Assembly (NCBI RefSeq): GCF_009914755.1 | Contig: NC_060937.1 | Direction: 5' to 3' (one strand) | DNA from: the human T2T-CHM13v2.0 reference genome, Homo sapiens | Length of the DNA stretch: 64,000 nucleotides | In this document: positions 28,391-44,511 of the stretch, piece by piece | How positions within the stretch are numbered: position 1 is the stretch's first letter | Layout of the letters: every line of letters starts with the position of its first letter | Notes under the pieces: generated by a model | What the model saw: the letters and a program-made list of their open reading frames with translations, nothing else | Database searches by the model: none | What the model was told of the DNA's origin: nothing | Program-made: the position numbers and the translations under genes

Positions 28391-31300
28391 TAGAGATACG
28401 TCGAATATTTATTGCTAAAGAAATACATTTGAATGTAATTTTTCAATATATAAATTTATAACTCATACCAAAAGTACAATTAAAAACAGTAAAATTTATT
28501 TATCAAACATTGGGCCAAGGGAATAGTGTAAATCATCTAAAATCTCAGTATTCATCGGATAGCCAATGGATATTGTTTAAAGTTGTTAGATCAAGCAATA
28601 GGTATAACTTTGTTTTAAGCAGTTACTGAGGAAATCACTGGTAAAACTGAAACAAAAAGAATTAAAAGAACTAGATTCAGAAGTGTCTGATTGAAGTTGA
28701 AGAAGAAAAAGGCCTGAGACAGACTTTTCATTGTAACATTTTGTGTTATTTCTTACTATAAACATATAGTATTCAGATACAAATTTAATTGAAATAAAAC
28801 TACAGCAAAAAAGAAGTATATTTTCTTGACGCAAAGCTTAAGCAAATAGATAAACCAACTTAGATCATACAGAAAGGATGTTAAAGACACTACCAAATCT
28901 TCATGAATCTCACTATTTGAATTTCATCATATTTAGTTTCTTAAAATCCGTCCATTTAATTTTTATTTATCCCAGTAATATAACAAAATATAATGGTGTT
29001 ATAGCTAAAGTAGTGTGACTTGAATTACTAGACATATGAAAACCCATTCTTTGAATATTTTTCATTGGTTTATAAGATATTTAAATATATTTGTTTGTTT
29101 TCTTGATAAATTTATTTCATATATATCTGGTGATAAACTCAAAGATTATTAAAATGGAATTTCAGTTTTAAAAAGGTGTTAATATGGTTTTGTTGTAACA
29201 CTTTCATATCATTTCATATTCTTTTAAAATACCTATTATAAAATGATATGCTTTAGTAATAATTTTGAAAGCATTCTTTATAGGTCTATTTAATTATGTA
29301 TTTCATGTCATGAAAGTTCATTGATATATGCATTGTACATAGTATGTCTTCTTGAGATTCATTTAGGTCCTGAAATGGAATATACAGAATAAAACAATGA
29401 AAAGAGTAACAAGCAGATTCCTATTTTGCTAAACATGGCCTACACAATCAAATCTTGAATTATAACATTCTAAAATGCGAGCTTAACATTCCAAAATGTA
29501 TTCCTTTACTTTGTACTCATCTTTATCCTCTGCTTTCTTTATAACTTTTCTGAGAGTTGATGGTTCTTAAACTCACACATTCAGCCTGGCCAGGATTATG
29601 TGAATATATACACTTGTTTCTTTCTTACCAAACCCACTGTTTTTTTATTTTATCCTCTACTCATACTCACTCCCTAGAAAAATACTTTCCCTTAAAACCA
29701 ATCTCATATTTATGGAACAATTATCAAGTGACCTGCTGCACCCCCTCCCATAAACTTAGGGACTTTCTTACATAATTTAGGCCCTAGCATCCTGAACAAC
29801 ATTAATTTTTTTTTCATCAAATACATTTTTATTTTTGTTTGCTCTATTTTTTCAAATAACTTACATTCCAATAATCTGCATCTCCACTCCCCTCTAGTTT
29901 AGCAACATCCTTACCATACCACTGCTAGGATTTTAACCTGCTCTATTTGTGACATTTAAAATGTGGAATTTTTCTCTCTGAATAAACCTTCATACCTGGG
30001 GCATTCTCCTACTTCACAATATGCTGGACACTGAATGAGTTTTGCAGTTTAAATATGTTTCAGCCTTGCTGACTATGTAAGTTTAGAAATAATATTTAAG
30101 CTCTAAGCCTTAGAGTCTTTCTTTCTTCTTATAAGAAATGAACAAAAAATGCTATTTATCCCACAGGGTTTGTTTCAAATCTGTGTTGTTTCCCTCACCT
30201 CTTTAACTATAGTATATCCATTTTCCTTATTGCAGAGAACAGTTGATTATACGGTATATGTTTCCTTACTTTGCAAAAAGAGTCAACAAGATGGAAATAC
30301 TACTTCTTGGCTCTTACATTACAGATATAGCCATTCCCTCATACTTATCTCCTTTGCTGCTATCCCAGGGAAAAAAGAGAAATTTCTCCAGTGTATGGCT
30401 TTTTTTTGTAAGTTGAGTTTTAAAATTTGTTTGTTTTACCTGTAAGAAAATAACTTCATTAAGATCATATCTTTTCCTTGCATTATTATGCCCTCAATGG
30501 ATTGTGATATAAGGAAAATAATAAGTTTAATAACCAATTAGAACCAAGGAGACTGTGACTGGGAAGATGTTTGATCCTGTGGACTAAGGAAACACATGGG
30601 ACGGATAATTACTGACATTTGTGAACCTACAGAGATAATCATCTTTATTTCCTTATCGCTGATTGTTAGGTGAATACAATAGCAATAAAGAAAACAGCCA
30701 GCAATTATTCCTGGGCCTGATGTGTAATTATTTGAGTGATTACTTAATTTTTATTAAAAATGCAAAAGAAGTTGATATAATTATACATTCAATAGCTAAA
30801 GGAATTGTCACAAAAATGAAATTTAACTTTATGTGCTATTTTGTCATAATCATCACAAGAGAAGTAGAACACAGTAACTCAATGGCTTTGTATCTTAGGA
30901 AGAATACATGCAGCTGCATTACAAGATGTCCATAGGCAATTTTTACATCACCAATATGTGCAACTGAATGGGCAATCTGGTAGCTAATTTCTAATCTTGT
31001 ATCTTTAGAGTTTTTAATAATGTAAACAATGCCAACATTAGTCCATGAATTAATCTAACATACTTATTTTCTTGCTAAATATTAGCAATTATTTTTACTC
31101 CATTTAAAAAATGAGTTCATGCTATAAGGGTGATGGACTTTGCAATACTGTTTTAAACAAAGCAACAGATGATTTCTAGTGAATTAGTTGAAAATTCATC
31201 TCTAAATGTGCCCTCCACTTCTACAACATAAAATTTTCCAATATGTTCTTCAGCAACTACAGCTTAAAATAGCAAGACAACAGATTTTCATTTTATACTG

Positions 31301-33211
31301 TCACATTCGATTACTTCTGTTTCAAGTCTTGACTGAAACTTTGACATATACATCAATAATTACTGTTGTTCCTATTTAAAAGTAAGCAGATTTCAAAAGT
31401 TCTTTTTTCTTTTCTCTTTTTCTTATTAAAAGGATTTTGTCCTTTCTTGGGCAGTGTTGGTATGTCAACATTACACATTGTTTTATTTGTGAGCAGAAGA
31501 AAACAATATTCAAGAAAGGTGAAATGAGTGCTAATGAAAATGTTTATCCAATATTTAGACTTTCAAAATGATTCAGAATCCTTGTCTTGCATCAATGATC
31601 TAGACAAATGAGGGCCAAATCAGAAATAATCAAAATGATATATATCAGAGAAATATAGAAATGGTTACTATAACCACAGGTATATGTAAAATGTTGTTTC
31701 GTGGGTTTGTAAGCTTTAAAGTTCTTTTTAATGTTTTTTAAAATATGTTTTCTACATTAGAGTTATTTTGTATTACTTTTGATTGTCATGTTGCATGTGA
31801 TTAAACGTTATTGCAAATTTATTATATGCTGAGCATCACATGAGTGTCTTTATAAACATTATCCTATTTTTGGAAGCTGAGCATGATTTCTATAGTAACA
31901 TATATATTTAATTAGCAATTAGTTAATAATCATTAGTAGAGTATCACTTACTTTATTGCAATGTAGATAAAAATAAAAATTAGAGATTAATCTACCATTG
32001 ATGGAATACAACTTTATCTATGCCACATATAAGCAGGCCTATATGAAGATCTCCAGAATGGATGAACAGGTCAATGGGTGAGTGAGACAGTAATCAAGGC
32101 AGATTCACAAATTTAATAAGGATGCCTTTCTTCTCAAAACACAAGTATCTTCACTGAGGATTCTGACAGCTATGTTTCCAATACTGAAATAGAATACATT
32201 AAAAAGTCATCTTAATATAGCCCTTGTTAATAATTTGAGTCAAATATTTGATTAATTTTTCACTGTAAAGCAGTATTTTGTTCTTTTGTTACTATATACA
32301 AAAATACATTTGGAGAATTTTTACTATTTCAAAGTCAATGAGGGTGCTTATTATACTGGCTTCTAATTTTACTATAGAGTAATGAATTTGTCATCATTCA
32401 TTATATTGTCTACATTCTAATTCATTATCATATATATTTGCTAGTAAAGCATAAAAAATTATTAACCTATAAGAAATAATATTGGAGAAAGTAGTCATCT
32501 TTACTGCTTCACGAAATTCTGGAAGTCTTAATAACCTCTTTTCCATATTTTGTTGTAAAGAAAATTTGAGAAATTACTTCTTTATGTAATATATACAATG
32601 TTTGCTTAATTTATAGTCACTTCATTTTGAATAAAGACTGCTTAACTTCTCAGTCTTCTTTGTCAATGTTACATTATGAAACCCTGAGTGTTAGCTTGGC
32701 TCAGTGTCCATGGAGACAAATCCCAGATTCCACAATAGCAGCAGGATTTATATGGCACTATTCCTATAAGTGTATCACTTTGGACTTAATAATATTCCAT
32801 AACATAACAGAAAAAAGCTAAAGTACCAGACCACTCAAATCCATGTTTAAAAGAATAAAATTAAACTTATTCTGAAAGTATAACAGTAACTCATTTCCAG
32901 ATGACATAAAGAGGCAGGCGTCAGAGAAGTTTATTGCTATTTGTGTGAACTGTCAGGAAAATAGAGAATTACTCAGTTGAGCACACCAAGAGACTTATTA
33001 TTACATACAAATCATGAAATTCAATACAGAAAAGTGGTCAGGAATCACATGGCAAAAATATTTATGTATATATATTTTGCAGGTATCTTTTTTATATCTT
33101 TATATTTATTAATAGATATAGAAGAATAGTTGTAGAAACATAGAAGTAATCAAGATGTTTGCCTTTCATCATCAACAGTTTGGGTTTGGGGAGACTCCCT
33201 GTTAATCATGC

Positions 33212-33503
33212 TTGTATGTTTGTTTGTTTTTGAGACAGCGTCTTGCTCTGTCACCCAGGCTGGAGTGCTGTCGCGCTATCTCAGCTCACTGCAAACTCCA
33301 CCTCCTGGGTTTAAGGGATTCTCCGTGTCTCAGCCACCTGAGTAGCCGGAACTACAGGAGCCCACCACTGCTTTCGGCTAATTTTTATATTTTTAGTTGA
33401 GACGGGGTTTCACCATGTTGGCCAGACCAGTCTCAAACTCCCAACCTCAAGTGATCCTCCTGCCTCGGCCTCCCAAAGTGCTGGTGAGCCACCGTGCCTG
33501 GCC
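33212..33503 (-). mobile_element. AluS (Sx/Sz-like)
   Basis: Antisense Alu dimer with a small deletion near its 5' end (ctgg|tgagcc). Confidence 0.93.
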
Positions 33504-33510
33504 GAATAAT

Positions 33511-33834
<324 letters not shown>

Positions 33835-35787
33835 AATTATTCTTTATTCTTACATTGAAATGAACACACATGTATCACACAGGCTCACATGTCAATCAAG
33901 TCAGATTAATCGTATTAAGGCACAATTGTCATATTTTAATTCTTCAGATCAGAGTCTTTGTACATCTCTTTTGCTTTGGAAAAACTAATTATGTCACTAG
34001 AGAGCTTCAAGTTTAGACTCAGTTTTATTTTTAGTTTTCTCTTTCAAAAGTATTGATCATTCAACTTGTATGGATCAAGTATTTTCTTGAAAGTTCATGC
34101 AAGGAAAAGCCCAGAATTTAATGCATTTAACATTACTCAAGCACCAGTTGTGTTTTGGGCTAGGTATTTTAACTTATGATATCTCACTAATGTGTATTAC
34201 AATGCTACAAAATTATAATGATGGTTTTATCATTGAAATCCTAGAGAACATGACATTAGCCCTTGAATTTGCTAGGTCAAGAAAATGACGTAGAATTTTT
34301 TTTTGGGGGGGGAGTCATTTTAAGTTTCTTTGCTTTTTACTTTCTAGCACAATTAAGATTTATATTCTTTCATTTTTAATAAAGAATTCCACCAAATTTA
34401 TTCTTGGAAAACTGGAATATAATGTTATTTAAACTAGGACATTGTTCTACTCCTTAAAGGCAAGCATTTTACATGAGATAGTTTTACTGTGAAGAAATTA
34501 AGTTTATTGCACTGTATTTATATTTCTGTGATTGATAAGTCTATGGATTTCTGTATGCTTTCTATAATCTGCTTGACTCAGTTTCATCAGTTTCTGCAAT
34601 TAGCAGAAGTTGACATATCTAAGTCAAAGCTCATGTTTTTCCCATCTTCAAAGGTAAAATAAATTTTTAGCTGTAACAAATATTTGAAATACTAATTTAT
34701 GTGTAAATATAAGCACTCTAATAATGATCTTAAGTGACTGCTTAAGGAAGAAATACACTGTTTGTATCTGTCAATAAAACAAGAAACCATCCTGATTGTG
34801 CTACCTAGGCTCCAATGAACACACATGCCTTCTCCTGAAGATTGCAATATCATTGAATGTAGAATTAACATTCACCTCATTTAGGATATGTTCTGAAATG
34901 GAACTACTAGAGTTCAAATTGTGCTGAAAAAGTAAATAAGATAAAAATAATTTTAAAAAAACAGGAGACAGCATTGTGTATATTTATATTTTTCATCCGC
35001 AGATGAGTCATATCTAAATTATTAATTACTCATCACTCAGTAATTTAATATATAGTTTATTTAAAAAAAAACAGAAAATCCTATGGGACGTGGAAGAATA
35101 GAAAAGACTTCATTTTTTAAAGCCAGGGATAAACAAAGCTTGCATTTATTAAACATTAGACTTCTACCCAAAAACATAAATAGAAAACTACTTTCCAGTA
35201 TTCAACATTCTCTCACACTGTTATATAACATCAATTTTATAATAAAAGTAGGAACCTCTAAATTTTGTGAACTATTTATATATACATATAAATAATTCAT
35301 ACTTACAACCTCTAAATATAAGTGCATATTGTACCTGTCATTACTTCGTGCACTACACTAGAATTCATTCATTTACATACCCTACCACTAATTTAAAGTA
35401 TGTCCAGAACTGACACCCTACAGCCTTTCATTTTCTTCCCCCCCATTCTAATCCCTTAGGCGCTGCCTGACATTTGGAGTTTTTGCTCTTGGATAATCTA
35501 TTGTATAATTTATGGCATCTAGATTTTGATTAATAAATATTTTAAATCTAAATTATTAAAATGTGGAGCAACTTGATTGACAATGCCTGTTCATTTAAAA
35601 TATGATGATAAAATCTCTCCTTTTAGAGATTGTATCTCTTGGGATTAATGTACTTTACTTTTCTGGTACTTTTTCTGCATGTTATTAAGTATGAATGTTT
35701 TGGGGATTATAAAATTAGTCTAGCATAATCATAGTAGAGCTTGTGTACTACTTGTCGTAAAGTCTCTAATTTCTTTAACCTAGGTGC

Positions 35788-36081
<294 letters not shown>

Positions 36082-38011
36082 CGAAGCTACTTCTAAAACT
36101 TGCATTACCTATTAAGTTCTGGTACTGTGTTAAGATGCCACGCAAGTGGACAAAGTTACCTTAAGAAGTTTTCAAGTCCATTTTCTAACACATTGTTAGC
36201 TGAAGTCAATTGACACAGGTCTCTCATTTCTTTGGGTTTGAATTGTGTCATTTTGAGTGATTGTTCTATTTGCTGTTATGCACCTACATTGTGGAACTCA
36301 TCACTGCTTATTGACATCCTTTCCTTGGGTAAATTCTAAACTTAAAGCAGATATTTTGTCACTGAATTGGTTTAATGGTTTAGCTTCACTCTTTTTTTAC
36401 CTTTTTGTTTTTTAATTATCTAAAGAATTTTGGAAACCTTAATGCTAAAGGTTAATATAAATATTTAAGTCATTTAAGATATAACTCTGGGAAGGGATGA
36501 CAAGAAAACCATCTTAAAAAAAGAACCCAATATTCAAACTTCATGTAGTATTTTACAGTGAATTTTATCTTAGAATCATTTTATCCAAAATAATAAGCAA
36601 AGACAACTCTGAGCTTCATTATTTATGTAAAGTATTAGACTATATTTATGTATAAATGTTTAACCATGAGCTCCTAAAAGGACACAGAAATCAGTAGCTC
36701 ATAGTATAGATGTTGTAGGTTCCTATTCTTGTTGATTTCTATACATTTCTCTCAATAGTGAAATCAGTAAGCCGAATCAGTAAAATGCAACCTCATGATA
36801 ATCACACACCTTAAATGAAGCATCTGAACCTGTTTGTGTGTGTGTGTGAGCTTGAAGCAATTATAATAAAATAAGCCTGGACATAAATAGTGAGATCTTG
36901 CCTGAAATTTTATACTAAACATCAGCTGGCTTTGAAATTACTGTTATTTGCACAACTTTTTTTCTGGACAAAAGGAATAAAGTCAATTGTAGCTTCCATA
37001 AAGACTGCAAGAGAATATGCTTCCCATCATATCTTTGGAGTATGAACAAAAAGTTAGCAAACCTCTCAATTTTCTTATTTATTTATTGTTCTGCTATTAA
37101 GCTATATTTTCAGAAAAACAATAAGTACAATATTATTGTTAATAAAGTACATATTAAATAATATTTACTATATTAAATATAAATTATTAATAATAGTAAA
37201 TAGTAAAATATTATGTCTGGGAGTATAAGATTGGGAATTGGGAAACAGTGAGAAAAATGGATTTTAATGAGATAAATGTTCTCTCCCATGAGAAATAGAC
37301 AAACATACATGATTTTTATTTATCAAAAGTGTATCATAAATTTCCTGCTACATTAATTTTACTAAAAAAATTAACAAATGAGTTAGAATAGAATATATGT
37401 ATAATCACACAGCAGTGCCTAGAATCTCCAGTATAGTAAAAGGACATTTTTGGAAACCCTACTTATGTAATGTAAATGCTGCCCTTTATCCCTAGGAAGG
37501 AAGTCTCATTCTCCATTAATATATATCTCTGAGAACAAGCTTTTAGTATAAGCAATATACAATTCTAGCCATTTATTTCAAATATTAATTAATTTATTGT
37601 TTATAATATACAACAGTAATAAAATTATTAAGATATATGTAGGCTTTAAGAAATTTAAATTTAGAATGATACTTATTTTTGGATGGGAGGGAAAAAAGGA
37701 ATGTGATTATGGAATGATACATAGGAAAATAAGACTGTCTTGAAAATATTTTTAAAGATGGATTTTTCTTATTTCATTTTTATTTAGTTATTACAAACAT
37801 ATTTTTAAGGAAGCAGAAAAGATGTGTGGAGAGCCTTTTATATTACTGGTACATGAATAAAATATAATTAATGATGTGGAGAACAAATTGGACACTTTTC
37901 ACAGTTTCACAGTGGAGGGAAAAAAGTGAAGAAAATACCAGCAGAAAAAGGAATAAATTAATACAAAAATACGGAGAAAGATGATTCTGGGATGATGGTG
38001 GAGTATAAATG

Positions 38012-38133
38012 ACATATACAGAACACTCTACCCAACAATAACAGAATGCACATTCTTCTCACTTTCATGTGGGCCATTTTCTAGACTAGAGCATATGTTA
38101 GGCCACAAATGAATTCTTAGTAAATTTAAAAAT
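38012..38133 (+). mobile_element. L1M ORF2 endonuclease-region fragment
   Basis: 'tatacagaacactctacccaacaataacagaatgcacattcttctca...catatgttaggccacaaa' (YRTLYP..TE.TFFS...HMLGHK). Confidence 0.8.
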
Positions 38134-38140
38134 ATAGGTG

Positions 38141-38842
<702 letters not shown>

Positions 38843-38844
38843 GA

Positions 38845-39815
38845 CAGTAAAAACACAACCCATAGAATGAGAGAAAATGTGTGCAAGTTATATATCTGAT
38901 GAGGTATTAATACCTAGGATGTATAGAAAACACTTAAAATTCAACAACAAAGAAACAAACAACTCTATTCTAGGAGGACAAATAACTTGAATAGATTATA
39001 CAACGGGACAGTTGTCCAGTGTAAATATACTCAATATTAATAATCATCAGGAATATGCAAATCAAAACCACATGAGATACTAGCTCACATCCATTATTAT
39101 GGCTGCTGTAAGAGACAAACAGAGAAAATAAGAAAGAAGCCAAAAAACAACAAAAAATATGTATTGGCAAGAACATGGAAATTGAAACACTTGTGCACTG
39201 TTGGTGGGAATGTAAAATTATATAGCCACTGTGGAAAACACTATGGTGATTCCTAAAAAAATGTAAAAATAGAATTACCATATTGTACAACAAATCGACT
39301 TTTGAGGAAACACAAGAATTGACAGCAGGATATAAACAAAAATGTCTGTACACCTCTGTTTACAGCAATTACTCACAATAGCTAAAATATGGTAGCAACC
39401 CAAATGTCCATGATGGATGTATAGATAAGCAAATGTGGTATATACATACAGCAGAATATTATTCAGCCTTCAAAGAAAGGAAATTCTGACATCACAACAT
39501 AAGTGAGACTTGAGAATATTATTATGAGTGAAATAAACCAGTCAAAAAGACTGTGTGATTCTATTTTTATGTTTGCTTAGAGTAGTTAAAATTATAAAGA
39601 TGGTAAGCAAAATGATGGTTGTTAGAGGCTGTCAGAAGAAATAGGGAGTCGTTGCTTAATAAGTACAGAGTTTCAGTTTTGCAAGATGAAAAAAGTTCTG
39701 GAGATTGATGGTGGTGATGAGTGAACAAAATTCATGTACTTAACACCACTGAACTGTACACTTATAAATGGTTAAGATGGTAATGTTTATGTTATGTATA
39801 TTTTATCACAATAAG
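38845..39815 (+). mobile_element. L1MB 3' portion
   Basis: 'acaacccatagaatgagagaaaat...tacagagtttcagttttgcaagatgaaaaaagttctggagat...ttttatcacaataa'. Confidence 0.88.
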
Positions 39816-39824
39816 TGATTGAAG

Positions 39825-39910
39825 AAAAATAAGGAAAGGAAGGAGAGAAAGGAGGAGAGGGATAGAGAGCAGACAAGAGGGAGGGAGATAGAAGGAGAGA
39901 GGGACAGAAG
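39825..39910. repeat. GA-rich low-complexity tract
   Basis: Purine-rich run following the L1 tail. Confidence 0.8.
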
Positions 39911-40587
39911 AATGGGAGATTTTTCTTAATCTTAAGAGAAATTTTAATATGAATTCTAAGTCTATATCTGAATATAATTTTTGATATAATAAATACTATT
40001 ATCTTGGAAAAAATCTTAGCAGTAAAGAAACTCAAATGTATACAGTGGTATAAATAGATTTTTTTTAGGAGTGTGGTTTTTAGCTTATACTTTTTTAGTT
40101 CATTTTAAAGTTCATGTGTGAAAGCAATACAAAATCATTCTGAGATTCTGGAATTTAGAAAATATATTTAACACTATCCTTCCTGAATATCTCCATGAAA
40201 AAAGGAATAAACACACACACATATACACATATACTCAGTAATCCAGAATGTATTATTAAACTATTTTATAAAAATTATATTATCTTATTTGATTTGATTT
40301 ATAATATAAGCAACTTTTGAAAAATTTTGAGAAGTGGAATTGGAGCTAGAAATATTAATGCGTAGACAAGTGTATTGAAATGGACTTGAAAGTTAAATAA
40401 AATGCACTACTTTTTATAGAAAAGATGGGCATAAGAGGTTTGGACCCTATACCAAAAGAGCTAACATAATAATCAGTGACTAGGTCCTGGAAGAGATATA
40501 CACACAGTAGTTAAAATTGGACTGGAGTAGTAAGAAATGAGAAACTCTAAGTGACACAAGACAGTGAAAGAATTGATAGAAATATAA

Positions 40588-40743
40588 GGGAAGGGGGCAG
40601 GCGTTGAAAACCATCTATTGGATATTATGCTCACTAACTGGGTGATGGGTTCCATCTTACTCTAAACCTCAGCGTCATACGATATACCCTTGTAACAAAT
40701 CCACATGTGTACTCTCTGAATCTAAAGTAAAAGTTTTTTAAAA
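40588..40743 (+). mobile_element. Short L1PA15-17/L1PB 3' end
   Basis: 'gttgaaaaccatctattggatattatgctcactaactgggtgatggg...ctgaatctaaagtaaaagtt'; TSD agaaa(t/c)ataa. Confidence 0.88.
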
Positions 40744-40807
40744 AGAAACATAAAAATGAAAACAAAAGCCATTACAAAGTTTGTTTCTTCCTTTAAAACA
40801 CATACAT

Positions 40808-40811
<4 letters not shown>

Positions 40812-40858
<47 letters not shown>
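40812..40858. repeat. (AC)23 microsatellite
   Basis: Perfect run. Confidence 0.97.
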
Positions 40859-40860
<2 letters not shown>

Positions 40861-43631
40861 CAAATAATATTTCTAAGAAATTGCCCTGTCCTATTATTTA
40901 TCCTAAATACATAAGTTTGATGTAACTGTAATTATAATATTATCCTATCAAATTTTTAAGGTAGTGAAAAAAGTGTATAAAATAGAAGAGAAATTTGTTT
41001 AAAAGCAAGTGTCATCACTGAGAAAATGTGCCGCACATCTAATTGGAAGGAGAATTAAGAGAGAAAACATCACAGGAAATGAAGGCATGAAGTTAAGTGA
41101 ACACACGGTAGTTTCATGAGCACTGGGGTGTGGGTCCTAGGTGAAAGGAAGAGGTTGGAGAGGGAAGATATCAAGTGTGTCATGGATATGCTGACAAAGG
41201 ATTGTGTGATATGCCTACACTCAAGGTAGGAGTCAACATTTTGCTTGCTAAGACCTATTGACTGAATGAGATCTGAGATAGAATTACAAGGAAAGTTTGG
41301 GTATATCTTTCACTAGTGTTCGTTGCAATTGCTTAAAAATCATGATTCATAGAAAAGAATCACTTAAAATAAGCAAGGAAACACAGTAAAGAAAAACAGA
41401 GAACGAATTTACAACACTTAAAATATAGGCATGTAGTCAATTCTCAAAAGGAAAATCTCAATATAAGAAAGAAGTAGAATTTTTTTAGATTTTTAAAAAT
41501 CTGATTCAAGAAAATATAAATTTCAATAACAACCTCTATGATATCACAATAAGAGAGAAAAAATAGTACTTGCTGTTTCTTTCTGGCAGCAAACTAAGTG
41601 GATGCTTAATTCACTTAATCAAATATTTCATCCGTGAACATGATTTTATGGTAGGGAATATGGGTTCTTAAAGATCCTTGCAATATTTCATTGCACATCC
41701 CTATTTAATACAAATATCTGTGAAGGAAATGTGTTAATCAGTTTCCTTAAGTTGCTATAAATAAATGAATCAAAGAGGTTTATTCATCGGTTGTACTTAC
41801 TTTGTGAAGAAATATTTTACAGCTAAAGCCAATTAAATTTTCAGTAACTTATCACAGAAATTATATGAAGCAGCAGGCCAGTCTGTAATGACTTTGTGAA
41901 GGGAATGCTTAGAATATTTCCAACAGAATTCTGTTATCTGGATTACTATCATTGTGGACCAGGGAAATGATTTCTTTTTTTAATTTGGGGACTTAATTGT
42001 TTATTAGCTCAATTATATTAATATTTTAAATTTTATTCTACTCATTTATGACATACTAATTCCAGCAATATATTTTGTTCAGAAAATGTGAAGTGGTAAA
42101 ACAGGGATATTTAAGAATTTTTCTTTAAAGAAACAAGATTAAGGATCAGCCTTTTCTAAACAGGTGTGGCCTCCTTCTACATATTTCTCAACCATGATAA
42201 CATTTACGAATAACAATCAAGTAATCGCTTTTATTGATTTATAGCAATAGTTAGAATTAGATAAAACACTATATGTAATTCTACCATAAATTAGACTGTC
42301 AGAAAACAAATGTGCCCCCATGTAGGCAACTGCCATGCTGAAGCAGAGCACGCCTCTCTCTTGCACTCTCAAATGTGTGTCCTTTGGAAGATAGCTAGTT
42401 CTTCATAGACCCAGAAACTTGAGCAAGTGGAAAGAATGTTGCAAGAAAAATTGAACCATTTTACAGAAGTTGGAGATATATACATGTACATCATGGTTTC
42501 TTAAAGTGAAGAAATGGAGGATAAGGAAACCAGTTGCTAGCATGATCTATTTCCCCACACAACACAAAGACATGATCCGACTTGATTTTTCTTGCATTGT
42601 TATTGAATTCCTCATACCCTTACAGTTATGCACACTTTGCTAGGAAAATTTTATTAATTTGGTACAGCAAAAGTAGAAAACAAATATATTACTATCAATT
42701 TTTCCTTTATAATGTGATAGAAGCATTTTGTGCAGTGGAATAATGCTGTAATTTATAGAAAAAATGTTTTAGTGTAAATGGATCTGTGATACTATAAATT
42801 TACTTATGTAAAGCAAAACATGTACAAATAAGTTTTAGTGTATGGAAAGACATGGAAGCACAATATTTGAGTACAGACTTTTATTATTTTGAGCGTATTA
42901 TTATATATTCAATATTATTTTAAGTATATTCTTATGTACTCAATATTTTGAGTATATATTTCTAGTGATTTAAAATAATCTCAGGCTCAATTCTTTCTTA
43001 TTCTTTAAACTACAAAAGAGTCAATTCATATTTTTATTAAGTGAATTTATATTAATATTTACTCTAAACTTGTAATTTAAATATATCTGCAATTTTTGTT
43101 TTATCCTATTCCAATTTGAAAAATTGTCCAAAATACCTTGTTAAAAAAAAAAAAACAGAAACAAATCCATGTATGTGCATGTATAACATTTAAATCTCAT
43201 TCTTTTTAACTTTGCCTCAGTCGGTTCAACTAGATAAGAAAATATGTCATTAAGGGGTTTGAAATATGAACTTAGAGAAAAATGGAGGCCAAACAAAACT
43301 TTAATGGAGACACTGTTGGGGAGGATGCTTATCTAGGAATTGTCATTTCTTGTGTGAAAAGGAAAAGAAACAGGATGAGGGGTAAATTGGGGAATTCATT
43401 CTAAGATATAAAATAAAAGAGAAAGAAGAAAGAATTATAATATCTATTCAGTGATTTTTATATTTCTGATTCCAGAAAAACAACTTTTCTTTGTAGAAAT
43501 ATTTCTAACTTCTACAAAGAAATTTCTTCCCATATTTTATTTTAAAAATAGAATAACGCAATAAACACTATATGAACCACAATTTTAATATGTCTCCAGC
43601 TTTGGGGTTTACAAATTATACACATTAACAT

Positions 43632-43754
43632 AAAAAAGAAAGAGAGAGAGAAAGAGAAGGAGAAGAAAATAAAGAAAAGGAAGAAAAGATAGCAGGAAAG
43701 GGAAGAAAGAAAGAAAGGAAAGAAAAGAAAATCGAAAGAGAAAGAAAGAGAAAA
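43632..43754. repeat. GA-rich (GAAA-like) low-complexity tract
   Basis: Purine-rich run. Confidence 0.85.
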
Positions 43755-44090
43755 TTATAATACCTATGAGAATGCATTTTGTAGTAACTTTAAGAGCTAA
43801 AAACACATTATAAAACTACTTTTACCAACCTAAGCTGTTTTCTGATCTCCAAAGTAAACTAAATTAACTTACAATTTTTCTGGGTTTTTTTTGTTTGTTT
43901 GTTTTTTAAATACAGATACCGTTTAACTGAGCTTGGGGGATTACCAATATCAGCCATACCACTAAGAATGAGATAATTGCAACGAACTGCTGGGTGATGG
44001 GAAACAACCAATTGTCCACAATGTCATGCAGTCTGCATATTATGATGCAGTACAATTCATAATCTCCATGTAACATTATAAGGATTTGAA

Positions 44091-44511
<421 letters not shown>

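Noticed and set aside
43950-43965. 'gccataccac' resembling the 5S rRNA 5' end
   Set aside because: Only ~10 nt match and there is no continuation.
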